64,000 nt of DNA from a virus (taxonomy: Duplodnaviria > Caudoviricetes): IMG/VR virus record IMGVR_UViG_3300028197_001558, positions 1,276 to 65,275 of that record; one strand, given 5' to 3'. The notes below the pieces were generated by a model. That model was not told where the DNA came from. It saw nothing but the letters and a program-made list of their open reading frames with translations, and did no database searches. This document shows positions 43,141 to 51,631 of the stretch, piece after piece (position 1 is the first letter of the stretch; each line of letters opens with the position of its first letter). Position numbers and translations under genes: made by a program.

Positions 43141-43743
43141 AGCTCACAAAAGAAACATTAAAGCAAATCATCAAAGAAGAGTTGGAAGCTATTCAACAAG
43201 AAGGTTTTGTAGATTCCATTAAAGACACGTTCTTTGGTAGAAGCGCACCCAATCCTGCTATGAAAGGATTTAATCAAGGACCAAGCCCTCATAATTTTGA
43301 ATTGGTTGATGAGAGAGAATTAGGATTCCGAAAGAGAAAGTTCCTACGCGATTTAGAACAAACTCGAACAAGTGTTGAAATGGGTAAAAACTCTAGTATG
43401 ATTGACGCTCAGCAGATAATGGATGATATCGAAGCAGACTTGTCCGGTATTGATGCTATGGGATACGTTCATGCAAATGCCAACTCTCTATTCTTACCAG
43501 GAGTAATTGAGAACCCACCAATCACACCCGATTATGTTGGAGATCCAATGACTGGCTGGTTAACTCTCTCAAAATATCTTAGCGGAAGGACCAGTCGTCT
43601 ACCGGTAGAAAACAAAGATCTTTTAGCAATTCAACAGGCGTACGCAGCGGAAGCAAAGCGCTCTTAAAATAAAAAAATTAACCCAAAGGATAATCAGAAA
43701 TGAAACTCACAAAAGAAACATTAAAGCAACTCATCAAAGAAGA
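43081..43743 (+). repeat. Imperfect 100-bp direct repeat (43081-43180 / 43644-43743) bracketing a cassette gene
   Basis: Manual gap-free alignment 87/100 identical; spans the 3' end of the 42586 gene plus the leader. Confidence 0.85.
43137..43667 (+). CDS. Class-A leader cassette protein (MKLTKETLKQIIKEEL)
   Basis: Leader repeat; ATGA overlap. Confidence 0.65.
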   Translation: MKLTKETLKQIIKEELEAIQQEGFVDSIKDTFFGRSAPNPAMKGFNQGPSPHNFELVDERELGFRKRKFLRDLEQTRTSVEMGKNSSMIDAQQIMDDIEADLSGIDAMGYVHANANSLFLPGVIENPPITPDYVGDPMTGWLTLSKYLSGRTSRLPVENKDLLAIQQAYAAEAKRS

Positions 43744-44038
43744 ACTAGAACAAGTTGTCGATGAGGGATACACTGCCGGTGGTGATTTTCCAATGCCAAA
43801 GGCGTCCATGGGCGTCCTATACAACTTCAATGATGAGCAAAAAGAAGCTTTGAAATGGGGAATTGACCAGCTCGAAAGGGGCCCTAAGAACTATGATTGG
43901 TCAGCCAAAGTTCTCAGACATTTAGCTTATAGACATCCTGCCTTTAAGGGAGAGAATTATCCAACAATGGCATTACAAGATCAAATGAAAAGAATGGGAT
44001 ACGAAGGAAAAATTTACACAACTACCGCTGTTCCATAA
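43700..44038 (+). CDS. Class-A leader cassette protein (MKLTKETLKQLIKEEL)
   Basis: Leader repeat; AAGGA RBS. Confidence 0.65.
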   Translation: MKLTKETLKQLIKEELEQVVDEGYTAGGDFPMPKASMGVLYNFNDEQKEALKWGIDQLERGPKNYDWSAKVLRHLAYRHPAFKGENYPTMALQDQMKRMGYEGKIYTTTAVP

Positions 44039-44057
44039 GATATAGTGTCGAGGCCGA

Positions 44058-45635
44058 ATGAAACTCACCAAAAATGAAATCGTTAAAGAGCTTGTAAAGT
44101 GCGGAAAAGATCCTCAATATTTTATTGACAATTATTGCAAGATCTCTCACCCAATGCACGGGCAAATTCCTTTTAAGACTTATGACTACCAAAAGGACAT
44201 GCTTAAGAGCTTTAACGATTATCGCTTTAACGTAATTTTAAAAGCAAGGCAGCTCGGGATCTCAACCATCTCGGCTGCTTATGTTGCTTGGTTTATGTTG
44301 TTTCATCGAGAAAAGAATGTTCTCGTAATCGCGACAAAACTATCTACAGCAGTGAACCTCGTAAAGAAGGTCAAGATGATCTTCAAGAACCTTCCATCCT
44401 GGATGCTCATCGCAAAGATCCAAACAGACAACAAGCAATCATTTGAGTTGACAAACGGGTCTCAAGTTAAAGCCGGAACCACTTCAGGTGACGCCGGTCG
44501 ATCAGAAGCTTTATCTCTTCTCATTATTGACGAGGCAGCGTTCGTTGACGGTCTAGAAGAGCTTTGGACGGGTCTTTACCCTACTTTGTCTACAGGGGGT
44601 CGCTGTATCGCTCTAAGCACCCCTAACGGCGTTGGAAACTGGTTTCATAAAACCTACACCGAAGCTGAAGATGCTCGGAATGATTTTAATCATATCGAAC
44701 TCATGTGGGACGTACATCCTGACAGAGATCAAGAATGGTTCGAGAAAGAAACTAGAAATATGTCTAAGAGGCAGATAGCACAAGAGCTCGAGTGCTCATT
44801 TAATGCTTCCGGTGAAACAGTTATTAATCCCGAGGATCTTCAGAGAATACATGCGACTCTGTCTGAACCAATTTACAGAACAGGGTATGACAGAAATTTC
44901 TGGATCTGGGAGAAATACGAAGAAGGATTACCCTATCTTCTTGTTGCTGATGTGGCGAGAGGAGACGGAAGTGACTTTTCCTGCTTTCATGTCATAAGAG
45001 TGGATACGATGACGGTGGTGGCCGAATATCAAGGCAAGCCAGATCTAGACATGTATGCCGGGATTTTACAATCAGCAGGTAAAGAATACGGAACCTGTTT
45101 GCTTGTAGTTGAAAATAACGGAATTGGGATTGCTGTCTTGGAGAAGCTTAAAGACTTGGGATATTCTAAAATTTATTACTCCTATAAGTCAACCCACGAG
45201 TATGTCGAGTCTTATTTGGCTGAGTATGACGAAAGAGCTATACTAGGTTTTACTACGTCTACAAAGACAAGACCATTAATTGTAGCTAAATTAGAGGAGT
45301 ACGTTAGAAACAAACTAATTAACATACACTCTTCTCGTGTTTTTAACGAACTGAAGACTTTTATTTGGCACAATGGTAAACCTCAAGCTATGCGATCTTA
45401 TAATGATGACCTAGTAATGTCTCTTGCAATTGCCTGTTGGGTTCGAGATACTGCTCTAACGGAAAATGAAAAAGACATGGCATACAAAAAGGCGATGATT
45501 GGTGGGTTAATGAAATCTACCACAACCATGAACACTCAAATAAAAGGCCAAGACTTCTACAAAGAAACGTTCAATGAAAAACACGAGGAGGAAATAAAGA
45601 AAACAAAAGAATTTTTCTGGATATACAAAGGATAG
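44058..45635 (+). CDS. terL: Terminase large subunit (T4 gp17-like)
   Basis: YDYQ Q-motif, KARQLGIST Walker A, LLIIDEAAF Walker B, STPNG, ADVARG.GSDFS, DDLVMSLA nuclease motifs. Confidence 0.95.
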   Translation: MKLTKNEIVKELVKCGKDPQYFIDNYCKISHPMHGQIPFKTYDYQKDMLKSFNDYRFNVILKARQLGISTISAAYVAWFMLFHREKNVLVIATKLSTAVNLVKKVKMIFKNLPSWMLIAKIQTDNKQSFELTNGSQVKAGTTSGDAGRSEALSLLIIDEAAFVDGLEELWTGLYPTLSTGGRCIALSTPNGVGNWFHKTYTEAEDARNDFNHIELMWDVHPDRDQEWFEKETRNMSKRQIAQELECSFNASGETVINPEDLQRIHATLSEPIYRTGYDRNFWIWEKYEEGLPYLLVADVARGDGSDFSCFHVIRVDTMTVVAEYQGKPDLDMYAGILQSAGKEYGTCLLVVENNGIGIAVLEKLKDLGYSKIYYSYKSTHEYVESYLAEYDERAILGFTTSTKTRPLIVAKLEEYVRNKLINIHSSRVFNELKTFIWHNGKPQAMRSYNDDLVMSLAIACWVRDTALTENEKDMAYKKAMIGGLMKSTTTMNTQIKGQDFYKETFNEKHEEEIKKTKEFFWIYKG

Positions 45636-45638
45636 AAA

Positions 45639-47564
45639 ATGGCCCGTAATAATAGAAACCCTAATAATAATCAAAATGAACTCTTTAAGACGTTAACTAA
45701 GATGTTCTCTGGTCCAATAACCCAGCGAAGAACACAGTCTGGGAGACAATTACGACGCCGACACTTAGACAAATACGCTAAGAGATTCCAAACCGCATCG
45801 GGTCAGCAGTTCAAAAAGACTGAATATAACCCTATGAACATCATGGCTCTCAACATGATCTCGAACAGAAACCGTTCGGAACGATATGTTGACTTTGACC
45901 AAATGGAATTTACACCAGAGATTGCATCCTCACTAGATATTTACGCAGATGAGATGACAACACACTCGGCATTGAATCCGATGCTTCATATCAAATGTCC
46001 GAATGATGAGATCAAGTATATGTTGCATGCTCTCTACTATAACATCATGAACATTGAACATAACCTCTTTGGTTGGGCAAGAACTATGTGTAAGTACGGA
46101 GACATGTTTTTGTATCTAGATCTCGATGAGGAGAAGGGGTTGCAAAATTGTATTGGACTTCCACCTCAAGAAGTGGAAAGGCTTGAAGGAGAAGACCCAA
46201 CAAATCCGAATTACGTTCAGTTTCAGTGGAACAGCGCAGGTCTTACTTTAGAGAATTGGCAAATGGCTCACTTTCGTGTACTTGGAAACGACAAGCATGC
46301 TCCATACGGAACATCTGTTTTAGAGCCCTCTAGACGCATCTGGAGACAGCTTACGCTCCTCGAGGACGCAATGATGGCCTATCGAATTACAAGGTCACCA
46401 GAGCGACGTGTGTTCAAGATTGACGTTGGTGGAATTGCACCTCAAGATGTTGAGCAATACATGCAGAAAGTTATGACACAAATGAAACGACATCAAGTTG
46501 TTGATGAAAAGTCCGGACGCGTAGATTTACGCTATAACCCTCTCTCGATTGAAGAAGACTACTTTATCCCCATTAGAGGTGGACAGTCCTCTACAGACAT
46601 TGTGAACCTTCCTGGTGGGCAATTTACAGCACAGATCGAAGACGTGAAGTATCTCCGAGATAAACTATTCTCAGCATTAAAAGTTCCTCAATCTTATCTC
46701 TCTATGGGAGAAGGTGGTACCGAAGACAAGACAACCCTCGCACAGAAGGATATCCGATTCGCAAGAACAATCCAACGACTTCAGAGAGTGCTAATCACCG
46801 AGCTAGAGAAGATTGGAATCATCCACTTGTATACACTTGGTTATCGTGGAGACGACTTATTAAACTTTAAACTCAGCCTTAACAATCCATCGAAGATTGC
46901 TGAGATGCAAGAGCTTGAACACTGGAAGACAAAGTTTGATATCGCTGGAGCTGCAACAGAGGGTTATTTCTCTCGACGTTGGGTTTCTGAAAATCTACTC
47001 GGATTGTCTCAAGACGAATACTTGAGAATGCAAAGAGAAATGTTTACCGACAAGAAATTCATGGCAGGCCTTGAAGCTGCTGGTCAACCAGCAGAAGAAG
47101 GTGGAGGAGACTTGGGTGGCGATCTTGGTGGAGACATGGACCTAGGTGGTGACGACTTAGGTAGCGACTTGGGTGGTGATGATCTAGGTGGAGATCTAGG
47201 TGATGACGACTTAGGTGGTGACACAGGCGGAGAAGAGGAGGGCGACTTACTAGCTGAGCCTCCCGCCAAACGTGACGATGACGCAAAGCCAAATAAGAGA
47301 GGCCCATACAAGAAGCATAAAATTTCTTATCGCAAAGGTGGATTCTCGAAACAAATGAAGAACCAAGCATTTAGCGGAGAAGTTCGTGGCTCAACAGCAA
47401 GAACAACCTTTCCGGGCAAAGTTGGCTTTGGTGGAATGGATTCTTTGGCAAGAGGAATCTATGAAGAGAACGAAAATGAAGAAGCGAAACTATTTAGCAT
47501 TGACGCATCAATAAAGACTCTACTCGAGTCACTCAACAAAAAGGAAAACCCAGATGAAACTTAA
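45639..47564 (+). CDS. Portal protein (T4 gp20-like) with acidic Gly-rich tail
   Basis: LLEDAMMAYRITRSPERRVFKIDVG, EDYFIPIRG, LPGG, LFSALKVPQS motifs. Confidence 0.95.
   Translation: MARNNRNPNNNQNELFKTLTKMFSGPITQRRTQSGRQLRRRHLDKYAKRFQTASGQQFKKTEYNPMNIMALNMISNRNRSERYVDFDQMEFTPEIASSLDIYADEMTTHSALNPMLHIKCPNDEIKYMLHALYYNIMNIEHNLFGWARTMCKYGDMFLYLDLDEEKGLQNCIGLPPQEVERLEGEDPTNPNYVQFQWNSAGLTLENWQMAHFRVLGNDKHAPYGTSVLEPSRRIWRQLTLLEDAMMAYRITRSPERRVFKIDVGGIAPQDVEQYMQKVMTQMKRHQVVDEKSGRVDLRYNPLSIEEDYFIPIRGGQSSTDIVNLPGGQFTAQIEDVKYLRDKLFSALKVPQSYLSMGEGGTEDKTTLAQKDIRFARTIQRLQRVLITELEKIGIIHLYTLGYRGDDLLNFKLSLNNPSKIAEMQELEHWKTKFDIAGAATEGYFSRRWVSENLLGLSQDEYLRMQREMFTDKKFMAGLEAAGQPAEEGGGDLGGDLGGDMDLGGDDLGSDLGGDDLGGDLGDDDLGGDTGGEEEGDLLAEPPAKRDDDAKPNKRGPYKKHKISYRKGGFSKQMKNQAFSGEVRGSTARTTFPGKVGFGGMDSLARGIYEENENEEAKLFSIDASIKTLLESLNKKENPDET
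47101..47250 (+). repeat. Low-complexity GGD[LM]/GGDDL coding repeat in portal C-terminus
   Basis: GGGDLGGDLGGDMDLGGDDLGSDLGGDDLGGDLGDDDLGGD. Confidence 0.85.
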
Positions 47565-48012
47565 CAAAGAAACACTTAAACGAATCATTAAAGAAGAACT
47601 CGAAGCAGTCATGAATGAGACGATGACAAAACCCCAAATCGGAGGCAATATAACTCCTGATCAACAATTAAAAATTGATGACCTTATCAACTCTGGGAAA
47701 GAAGATTATATCAACCAAGCCAGATCATTGGTAGATGGCTTAGGTGGAAACCCAGAATATGTCGATGCACTTTTGAATATAGAATATCAAGGAATCACAT
47801 CAATGGCCCACCAACAAAGAGATGTTGTTGATTCCTTCCCTGATTATGAGGATGCAACAGATCAAGATACCAAAGATTTCTACGATGCGACAGTTAACCA
47901 TGAGTACGACGCCCGTCAGAAAATAGAAGACAGATACTATGATACACCAGAGACCGCAAGCCGTGCAGGACGCATGTACCACAACACATCAAACTCTAGG
48001 ATCCGTAAATGA
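47554..48012 (+). CDS. Class-A leader cassette protein (MKLNKETLKRIIKEEL)
   Basis: Leader repeat; overlaps portal stop; AAGGA RBS. Confidence 0.65.
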   Translation: MKLNKETLKRIIKEELEAVMNETMTKPQIGGNITPDQQLKIDDLINSGKEDYINQARSLVDGLGGNPEYVDALLNIEYQGITSMAHQQRDVVDSFPDYEDATDQDTKDFYDATVNHEYDARQKIEDRYYDTPETASRAGRMYHNTSNSRIRK

Positions 48013-48290
48013 AGCTTAACAAAGAAACACTTAAAAGAATTATCAAAGAAGAATTTGATAGACTAAGTGAAGGCATGTTTTCTCCTACTGAAATCTATAT
48101 GGACTTTCAGAGACAAGGCGGCCGGGATTATTGGATCTCTAAAGCACATGGAATGAATATGAAGTATTCAGACTTTATGCATGCCGACCAAGCACTCAAA
48201 GCCTATATTGATGAGATCAACCCATCCTTAAATGATATGCCCCAAAATGTTTGGAGCCAAATAACGCAACTAATTAACGACACAGTATAA
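48009..48290 (+). CDS. Class-A leader cassette protein (MKLNKETLKRIIKEEF)
   Basis: Leader repeat; ATGA overlap. Confidence 0.65.
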   Translation: MKLNKETLKRIIKEEFDRLSEGMFSPTEIYMDFQRQGGRDYWISKAHGMNMKYSDFMHADQALKAYIDEINPSLNDMPQNVWSQITQLINDTV

Positions 48291-48305
48291 AACAAGGAAA
48301 CAAAC

Positions 48306-49121
48306 ATGAAACATAATAAGAAAAGAAATACCGCTTTTCTTTACGAATGTCTAATTCGTGAATTGACAAAAGCAATTGTTCAAGAGAATAAATCCAAGCA
48401 AACAAAAGTCAAGGGACTTTTAAGAGAATTCTTCTCAAAAGGAAAGTCTCTCAAGCAAGAACTTGACATTTATCGTAGTCTTATGGAGACTAAGGATGTC
48501 AGCGAAGACTTTTCCCGACGGCTGCTTTTAGAAAGTAAGGTTGATTTTACAAAGCTTGATAGAAAAGAAATCTTCAATGAGCAGACAACTCTGATCAACA
48601 AGATCAACAAAGCTCTTGGCGGTGAAGCCTTTGCGAATTTTGTTCCCAACTACAAAGACTTGGCAACCCTTGGTTTGTTTTTTCAAAACGACAACCTCAA
48701 CGCGAAAAAAAGAATCATGTTAGAATCTAAAATGGTAAATTTTCTTACCAGAAAAGAGCAAAACCAGACAGAAATGAAACCGGTTGATCAGCTTGAGTTC
48801 AAAATGTTTGTCAAAAGATTTAATGACACTTACGAGAACTCATTGCTCCGAGAACAAAAAGAATTATTAAGTAACTTCATTGTTTCCTTCGCGGACAATG
48901 GTTTAGGCTTAAAGTCCTATCTAAATGACGAGATTGGAAGACTCAAAGAAGCTGTGGCTACCGAAATAGTAGAGACGGACAGTGTTGCCTTAAAAGAAAA
49001 TTTTGAAAAAGTTAAGGCCAAGCTTCATAGTTATGCCAAAACTCCTTTAAATTCGCAAATTGTAGAAGAAGTGTTTTATATACAGGATCTTTTAGCGGAG
49101 GTAAAGCGCAATGTCAATTAA
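48306..49121 (+). CDS. Head-module hypothetical protein (MKHNKKRNTAFLYE), possible prohead core component
   Basis: Helical, Glu/Lys-rich; lies between portal and protease. Confidence 0.6.
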   Translation: MKHNKKRNTAFLYECLIRELTKAIVQENKSKQTKVKGLLREFFSKGKSLKQELDIYRSLMETKDVSEDFSRRLLLESKVDFTKLDRKEIFNEQTTLINKINKALGGEAFANFVPNYKDLATLGLFFQNDNLNAKKRIMLESKMVNFLTRKEQNQTEMKPVDQLEFKMFVKRFNDTYENSLLREQKELLSNFIVSFADNGLGLKSYLNDEIGRLKEAVATEIVETDSVALKENFEKVKAKLHSYAKTPLNSQIVEEVFYIQDLLAEVKRNVN

Positions 49122-49683
49122 TATTACTATTTCCGATGAAGGAGCAGAGCAGTTACCACCAGAACCAAAAGGTGTAAAAATTGAAGTTGTCGAAAAAGAC
49201 AATATCGAAGGGAAGCTGAACTTAAGATCAGCAATCAACGGCGACCTAATGATCATGGACCACAAAGACATTGATATAGTTGTGAAACCAAAAGACAAAA
49301 AGATAGTTGCATTTGCAAAAGATACTTTGTCAGATTTAGTTTACGGCGCAGAATCTAGACTACTTGAGTACCTCAGAAAAACTGGTGTGCTAGAGATAGA
49401 CTCGATACAAGGTGGAAATATTTATGGATCATTAGAGGGTCAAATTCAAGAAGGAGAAAAGTCAGTGGAAATAGCTCTGATGAAAATCTCAGAATGGATG
49501 GAGACAGAACAGCCAATGATTGCAGGCAGAACCGGCTATGATGAAATGGAAGACGAACACCTACTAGAGCCTGACGGTGAGTATTCCACCGAGCTCGGAG
49601 AAGTACCTCAAGCAGAAGAGAAGGGATCGATTAACAAATCAACATTGTTCGCTCCTTATCTATACGGGAGATATTCATACTAA
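49111..49683 (+). CDS. Acidic hypothetical head-module protein
   Basis: GGAGG RBS; overlaps upstream stop. Confidence 0.6.
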   Translation: MSINITISDEGAEQLPPEPKGVKIEVVEKDNIEGKLNLRSAINGDLMIMDHKDIDIVVKPKDKKIVAFAKDTLSDLVYGAESRLLEYLRKTGVLEIDSIQGGNIYGSLEGQIQEGEKSVEIALMKISEWMETEQPMIAGRTGYDEMEDEHLLEPDGEYSTELGEVPQAEEKGSINKSTLFAPYLYGRYSY

Positions 49684-50426
49684 TGAATCACAAACTTATA
49701 ATGGAAGGGTGGAGAAAGTTCTTAGGAATGGATAGCAAGAAAGAAACTAGCGACTTTAACCCAGCACAAACATGTATGATTGCGTTAGACCAAAAGGGAC
49801 GCAGAAAAAAAATAATCTTGTACAACCCAAGAGGCATTAGAAAGCTTTCACGCGATGAAATGAAAAACGGAGATCACTATACAGAGATAGAGATGATTGG
49901 AAGCATAGACCTGGTAATTTCCACTATAATATCAAAAGAGCCATGTATAGCAGACACGTATCAAATTGCAGCAATCTATGTCGCTGATGCTTATAGGGGT
50001 AACGGACTTCAAAAGCAACTAATGGATATAGCTTTTTACATGGCTTCTGAGGAAGGCGCTGGGCTGACATCGGACCATCAGTATGGAACGAGACCCAAGG
50101 CTGGTGGAGCATGGAAGAAGATTGAAAAAAGTTCAAGCTACGAAAAGAAGACGACGAGCAAAGGCAACGATACTTTTGACTACGATGAATCCACTTCAGA
50201 TCCAAATGACGATTGTAGTAAGCCAAAAAGAGACCCTTCAGCTACTGAGCATAGTTTTGAAAAGAAATCAAACGCTGTAGGCGGAAACCTATACGACAGA
50301 TATGGATCACAACACAAAGTAATAGCCAACTTCATGAAAAGTAAATTTGTAGATGTCGGCGACTTCGAAGATGCCATGAAAAGAATTTCTAATAGTGAAT
50401 TCAGAGACGCATACGCTAATAGCTAA
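49683..50426 (+). CDS. Class-B leader protein (MNHKLIMEGWRKFL) with GNAT-like acetyltransferase body
   Basis: IAAIYVADAYRGNGLQKQLMD resembles GNAT motif A. Confidence 0.6.
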   Translation: MNHKLIMEGWRKFLGMDSKKETSDFNPAQTCMIALDQKGRRKKIILYNPRGIRKLSRDEMKNGDHYTEIEMIGSIDLVISTIISKEPCIADTYQIAAIYVADAYRGNGLQKQLMDIAFYMASEEGAGLTSDHQYGTRPKAGGAWKKIEKSSSYEKKTTSKGNDTFDYDESTSDPNDDCSKPKRDPSATEHSFEKKSNAVGGNLYDRYGSQHKVIANFMKSKFVDVGDFEDAMKRISNSEFRDAYANS

Positions 50427-50438
50427 AGGGAAAATAAC

Positions 50439-51173
50439 ATGAATCAAAAGCTTATAATGGAAAGCTGGCGTCGCTTTCTTCATGAAGAAAAGAAGAGAGG
50501 CATTCGCTTAGGTGATGAAGTCGTCTGCTTGAGAGCAGAGATCAGTCCCAAGAGTGATGCGGAGTTTACACTCTATACACCAGGACCTGGTACAAAAGCG
50601 TCCAACAGAATTCTCAGACTAGAAATAATAGGACAAATAAACATTTCAAGTCTTAAAAGTAGTGGACCATGCCTGACGGCAGATGGGAAGAATCCATCTT
50701 GGCACGTGGAAGCCATTCACACAGCGGAGAAGTACAGAAACGTTGGCTACGGAGCCCTCCTTTATGGGTTTGCATTTTACGTAGCAAAGAATGACAATGC
50801 CGGTCTTACATCGGATAAAGACACGGGCTCGAAAAAAGACGCCGTTATCAAGTGGGATTCATTCGAGAAGAACACTCAAACATTCGACAAGGTAACAACT
50901 CCTGCTGGTAACAATACTTTTGACTACGACAGTGTAACACCTGATCCAGACGATGACTGTGATGTATTGGTCGATGATGAACAAAATGCTACCGACTTTA
51001 GTTTTGACCACAAGAACCCACAAATCTATGAAGAGTCAATGACGATGTATGAGGCAAACCATATGGAATTCTTAAGCGAAGTTCTCGACTCTGGCTTTAT
51101 GAGCGAGAAAGAGTTCAATAAGTTTTTAGATCAAGCCGCTTTTACTAGCTTCACAAACGAATACGATGATTAA
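50439..51173 (+). CDS. Class-B leader protein (MNQKLIMESWRRFLHEE) with GNAT-like body; tandem paralog
   Basis: VEAIHTAEKYRNVGYGALLY motif A; AGLTSD and GN.TFDYD..T.DP.DDC shared with 49683. Confidence 0.6.
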   Translation: MNQKLIMESWRRFLHEEKKRGIRLGDEVVCLRAEISPKSDAEFTLYTPGPGTKASNRILRLEIIGQINISSLKSSGPCLTADGKNPSWHVEAIHTAEKYRNVGYGALLYGFAFYVAKNDNAGLTSDKDTGSKKDAVIKWDSFEKNTQTFDKVTTPAGNNTFDYDSVTPDPDDDCDVLVDDEQNATDFSFDHKNPQIYEESMTMYEANHMEFLSEVLDSGFMSEKEFNKFLDQAAFTSFTNEYDD

Positions 51174-51188
51174 CAACAAGAGGCCTAC

Positions 51189-51518
51189 TTGGAACTTTTA
51201 AATTTTATTCTCGCAGCTTACGGTATGACATTTATGATAGTCTACGGTAAAATCTTTGAAGACATCAGGCCCAAGAAGGACTACACAAAGAAGTGGAACA
51301 CGCTGTGGAACTGTCCATTGTGCATTGGTTTTCACGTAGGTTGGGTTTTAATGCTCCTTTCTCAATATACCGAACTATTTACTTACGAGTGTTCTTTCGG
51401 GAATGCTTTTGTTCTCGGTTGCATATCAGCTGGAACATCTTATTTAATTTCGGTCTTAGTCGATGATTTTGGACTAAGGCTATCGTCGAGATCAGGAGGT
51501 GATTATGTCGATGATTAA
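51189..51518 (+). CDS. Small membrane protein with CxxC (DUF1360-like), TTG start
   Basis: Hydrophobic helices flanking LWNCPLCIGFHVGW; GAGG RBS. Confidence 0.55.
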   Translation: MELLNFILAAYGMTFMIVYGKIFEDIRPKKDYTKKWNTLWNCPLCIGFHVGWVLMLLSQYTELFTYECSFGNAFVLGCISAGTSYLISVLVDDFGLRLSSRSGGDYVDD

Positions 51519-51564
51519 GCGCTGGGTTTTACAACCCGTCCGTCGCTGCTGCAGCGGATCCTAG
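51505..51564 (+). CDS. Putative 19-aa peptide MSMIKRWVLQPVRRCCSGS
   Basis: Strong AGGAGGT Shine-Dalgarno at 51494-51500; ATGs at 51505/51511; TAG at 51562-51564; below ORF-track cutoff. Confidence 0.45.
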   Translation: MSMIKRWVLQPVRRCCSGS

Positions 51565-51587
51565 CTCGAGCGGGTAACGCCCGCTAA

Positions 51588-51621
51588 GGGTGGAGCTTTG
51601 CTCTGCCCACCTTTTTATTTT
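51588..51621 (+). terminator. Intrinsic terminator-like hairpin before the protease gene
   Basis: GGGTGGAGC-TTT-GCTCTGCCC stem (with G-U pairs) followed by ACCTTTTTATTTT. Confidence 0.5.
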
Positions 51622-51631
51622 GGAGAAAAGA

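Noticed and set aside
44058-44095. TerL as a ninth leader-bearing cargo protein
   Set aside because: Only MKLTK matches; the rest is a normal gp17-like first helix, and terminase is not retained in virions
33442-48290. Leader repeats as CRISPR array, integron attC sites or DGR repeats
   Set aside because: Repeats are in-frame coding with synonymous variation, irregularly spaced and non-palindromic; no cas, integrase or reverse transcriptase in the window
51562-51585. Selenocysteine insertion (SECIS) element
   Set aside because: The stop is TAG, not TGA, and the hairpin lacks a recognisable SECIS form; kept only as a generic regulatory candidate
51590-51631. GTG start for the prohead protease
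   Set aside because: Falls inside a hairpin; GGAG plus ATG at 51632 gives a typical MSKKLLRE start
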